From NCBI GenBank assembly GCA_964187785.1, contig OZ076410.1:95418001-95482000 (forward strand): a stretch of 64,000 nt of DNA. The letters are read 5' to 3'. Below, in pieces: positions 60,201 through 64,000 of the stretch. A program made the translations under genes and the position numbers. Each line of letters begins with the position of its first letter. Position 1 is the first letter of the stretch. The notes below the pieces were generated by a model that worked only from the letters and a program-made list of their open reading frames with translations, searched no databases and was not told the DNA's origin. Source of the stretch: Amphiscolops sp. MND2022 (lineage: Eukaryota).

Positions 60201-63200
60201 AACGCTTTTCTGAATAACACTTTAACAAACTTTGAAGACATATTGATATTTCCAAACAAGCTCAGGGACGACATTGGTCGCTGTATTATCGCAAAACACC
60301 GGTTGAGGTGGAGCCTGGGGCTACACGGCGCCGCGAGAGTACCAGGAGGATGTCTCCTGAGATTGCTGAACGTGCCAATCAGGAGGTGCGTAACTTTCAA
60401 GCTCTTGGGATGATTCAACCATCCTTATCACACTGAGCAATATCGTGAAGAATAAGAGAAAGAACGGAGAAATACGTTTTTGTTATACCTTCCGTCCGTT
60501 AAACGAAGTGACAATCAAAGACGCCTGTCATCTGCCACGGATTGACGAAAGCTGAGCTTCGCGAACCACCAACACGTAGCAAAACAATGCACCCTCGTGT
60601 GTGAGAGATATTATTTTTGCCATTCGTGAATTGTATACTGCGATTAATAACCTTGCCAACACTGTTCATGGCATCAAAGACCTGGTGTCGGCTCGGAACC
60701 GCGACGTTCACATCTTAGCTTTAAAAAAGCTTGTCCAACATAATACAGTGCACATGATAGTTTTCGACCACTTTTTGAAACTTGCTGAGCCATGACGTGT
60801 ATGATGCATTCAAAACATCCAGGTTGCTTTTGCAAAAGTGGTTTGCCAGACACGGCACGCCTAAGCTCATGTAGTCCGACAATGCTCCTAACTTGACCGC
60901 TGAGGTGTCTAACGAGTTCATGGTGGCCCCTCATGTCACCAAAGTGCTACAGCGGGCCATTCGCGTACCCAAGAGATGATTGAGAGTCAAAATTGTACTC
61001 TCGTAAGCTCAACGCGAGTTTTATGTTAGAGACGTTTGCACGATTGGGATCAGAATTTCGATAGGGTATTGGGTGCATACAATTCAACTCGGCATGCTTC
61101 CATAGGATTTCCGCCCTACATGTTGACTCGTGGTACTGAGAAGAAAATGCAGCTAATTTACATCTATCCTGAGATCGCCGGCAAATCTTTTGATACTCAT
61201 GAAGCCTATGTGGGATCATGTCTTGGCTCACCAACAAGAGGTTCAGGACTTGGTGCGGCGCAAAACACATCAAGCTCAATTGCGACAGAAGCTAGATTAT
61301 GACCGGGCCATACGGGCAAAGGCATGCCAGCCTGGTGAGCTTCTGTGGGTTTTTTGTCGTTACATTCCTCAGAAAGGCTCACCTAAGCTGATGCGTGCAA
61401 ATCGTGGTCCACATAAAGTGGTCCACGTGTTGCAAGATGGACGTGTGTATAACTTGGACACGCGTCAACATGTACACTTTGAACGTCTCAAGGAGCATCA
61501 GAGTGGACCTACCGAGTTTGGTACCACTCCACTTGACACTGTGAAGATAGTTGTTATAATGGATCCAGAGCCTGACCCCTCTGCAGGGGCAATTGATTAC
61601 GACATTTCCTAACCAAATTACGGAACTGAGCAACTGCTTTCAGATGCTTCGGATGTGTCTTTGCCTTCGCGCAGGTGGCATTGGATGGACACCAGACTCC
61701 GCACCAAACTCTGCGTCCGTCAGTGAAATGCCATTGCCGATTCCTACCCAACAACGGCCGTTAGATGAACTCGATGTGCCTGTTGACGAGAACCTTAGCC
61801 TGAGGCTCAAGACCTTGAGCATACGCGCTCCCCGTCACCACAAGTATCTGCTTCCGACCGTGCTCATTCACAGTCTCTGGTCGGGACAACTGCTCCTCAT
61901 CGTATTAATCTTTCTCTGACGGATTTCCTCCGCAAATATCCTCTCTGACCGCATAATGCTGATGGCTCCGGAGACTCTCTTGTACGACCGTCCTCATCGT
62001 CCTTGGATGGCAGTCAAATCACCCTTGCTACGCTCCGGCAGCTCCTTCTTTCACAAAGGGGGAAGCGAGGCCGTGCAAGAGAACAGGGGTTGTCAGTCGG
62101 GAGAACAATGCGCCAAGGAAAAAGGCTGATACGGCTGCCAAGCCTGAGACCCCGTCTGGATCACAAGATTGATATCAGTTACAAGTGTGGAACGTGTGGG
62201 CGGTGGGTTTGTGTTTGTGTTTTAGCTGTGAATGAGAACCGTGAGGACTATCGCGTTGATATTATTCTCCAACGGTTTTCAGTACCTCTGGTTGCGAAAG
62301 CTCCATCTCCCCTGCTCAAAGAATGGATCAGTGACGTGAAAAGCCTAGAGTTCACGTTGAACACTCTAGTCCCTCCCGTTCCTCCCAGCATTGTATTTGG
62401 GCCGTTCAACTTGGAACGAGAGCCCGTGCAAATGGCGCTGTTCATAACATCTGACTTGCTGCTTGGCCGCTATGGTGTGCAGGGCAATCCTGGCGGAGAC
62501 ATTGGTAAGCCAACAACATATGCTCGCATGTCTGGAAAGTCTGTCGTCTTCCACTACGGAGGAGCTGATTCTGTGCTTCCATATCATTTATTTGTATCGG
62601 GCCAAAGTAAAATTCAGCTGGTCGCTGGACGTGATTATCTGATTATCACGTGTTGTACCAGCTATCCCCTAATCCGTTTGTTGGATGAGTGGACCCACGC
62701 TTCTGAGAAACTGCTGCCTCTGAAAGCCGCGATGAACACTTTGGACACATGGTTAAAGACGAACGTCAATAACCAGGCGTTGCCGCTCTCTGTGTGGCAG
62801 GATTTGACCGCTGTGAAAGGACGTAGTCATCGCTTGTCTTGCCCCCAGACAATGGAACTGGACCGGAAAATGTGTATCTTGCTTCCCAACTTAGTTGAGT
62901 GTATCTCATACGACATGATTAAGTTCTTGCAGGCTGAAGGCGATATTGCATTGGCCTGACCAACTCTGCTGCACTGCGCTATTGTCGCGCGAGTGTGGAA
63001 GGGAACAGGTATTTTCCTTGCAACCTAATGTGGGGGAGATCCTTACGCTAACTCCCACGTTTACCAAAATCTTTCTCAGACCATTCATTTGATGATAGTT
63101 CGAGCCAATCAGCGTGCGCTGCTGGTAGCAGATGATTTTCGGCGTTGCTGGAAAAAATGATCCAATGGCTCGGCAACAAAGAGCACCAAGCATTCATTTC

Positions 63201-63340
63201 CATATTTTGCTTCTGAACGCCAGTATACACTCTGGTCAAATTGTACCTTGTGATTATTGACCTCTTTGCAGGTACTAACATCCATGTGGTCCTTCACAAT
63301 CGCGTATATGTGTCCATACCCGGTATCGAAGTGGGCGAAT
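57240..63340 (+). mobile_element. Decayed Ty3/Gypsy element D, relative of A and C; most of RT and RNase H deleted
   Basis: gag (57241-58950); protease IDTDSGVSI/GYELETNF (59280-59560); RT start ending at LPRIDES (~60550); integrase (60720-61500); orphan domain. Confidence 0.88.
62003..62959 (+). CDS. Longest open copy (318 aa) of the orphan post-integrase domain
   Basis: YKCGTCGRWVC at 62180-62212; colinear with the fragments in elements A and C. Confidence 0.7.
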   Translation: MDGSQITLATLRQLLLSQRGKRGRAREQGLSVGRTMRQGKRLIRLPSLRPRLDHKIDISYKCGTCGRWVCVCVLAVNENREDYRVDIILQRFSVPLVAKAPSPLLKEWISDVKSLEFTLNTLVPPVPPSIVFGPFNLEREPVQMALFITSDLLLGRYGVQGNPGGDIGKPTTYARMSGKSVVFHYGGADSVLPYHLFVSGQSKIQLVAGRDYLIITCCTSYPLIRLLDEWTHASEKLLPLKAAMNTLDTWLKTNVNNQALPLSVWQDLTAVKGRSHRLSCPQTMELDRKMCILLPNLVECISYDMIKFLQAEGDIALA

Positions 63341-64000
63341 AGCCCCTCGATTGATTCGAATAACCTTTCTTTTGGAGCGAATAACCCTTCATTCGATTAA
63401 TCCCTTATCTAAATGTTAGCTCTAACGCTTCAACCTTTTAGTTAATCGTAGCTTACGTTTAACGTTACTCCTTATTCTTGATTAACATTGGCAGCTTACG
63501 CGCTTCTTTTTTGCTAACGCCCTTGGCGTTTTTCATTTGCTTGCACCGTATGCACTCTCATGTACTCCCATTAGCTAATATCAACTGATCCGTAGTAATC
63601 ACCTCATGTATGTAGCAGAGCCCCCTAAGGAGATCTCTTGCATTTAGTTTTAACCCTGTATTCTGAACCATAGCTGATTGCGTTTTGAAATGAACCATGG
63701 GTTTAAAGACTATATCTTTTAGACCTATGCTACTAATACGGCCTTTCACCCAGCACCATGGCAATCAGCGCACCCTTCAGTGTCTACTGGCACTGCTCGT
63801 CGCGTTGAAGCTGCTCGCTTTACCAAACACATCAAGGTAAAATGGATTTCAGTCACGCAGCGTAATCTTTGTAAATCGTAAAAGGGTCTTTCAGCGTAAG
63901 TTAGTCAGGACGGTGTATGCCTGGACGGTGTAGCTGTGTCAACGCGTGTAATGGAAAATAGTGTAAACTAGTCAAAGCACGTGGTTAGTGAAAAGAGGAA

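Noticed and set aside
63727-63840. Signal-peptide first exon (MLLIRP...CLLALLVALKLLALP)
   Set aside because: Short, with a weak donor and no downstream sequence in the window to test it.

Overview
Eukaryotic (animal-type) genomic DNA, mostly transposable-element debris; no prokaryotic operons, CRISPR arrays or rRNA were seen. One spliced host gene on the minus strand appears to span about 54758 to 9561. It encodes an unrecognised protein with a signal peptide and a GPI-anchor-like C-terminus. The 3' exons are well supported; the link to the 5' exons is inferred from intron phases. A near-identical 5390-bp tandem duplication (10504-21283) copies internal exons of this gene, probably in frame. 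An inferred ~26.5-kb intron holds a LINE 3' end, a Polinton/Maverick-like block, several Ty3/Gypsy fragments and a large Gypsy element. Three divergent decayed Gypsy copies (A 1-7985 minus, C 40386-52800 minus, D ~57240-63340 plus) share unusual extra modules. These are a pseudo-protease before the true protease, an orphan YKCGTCGxxxC-led domain after integrase and, in A and C, a splice acceptor before a third non-Env ORF. Another LTR element is strongly G-depleted on one strand. All exon models and family calls were made by eye; no searches or alignments were run.
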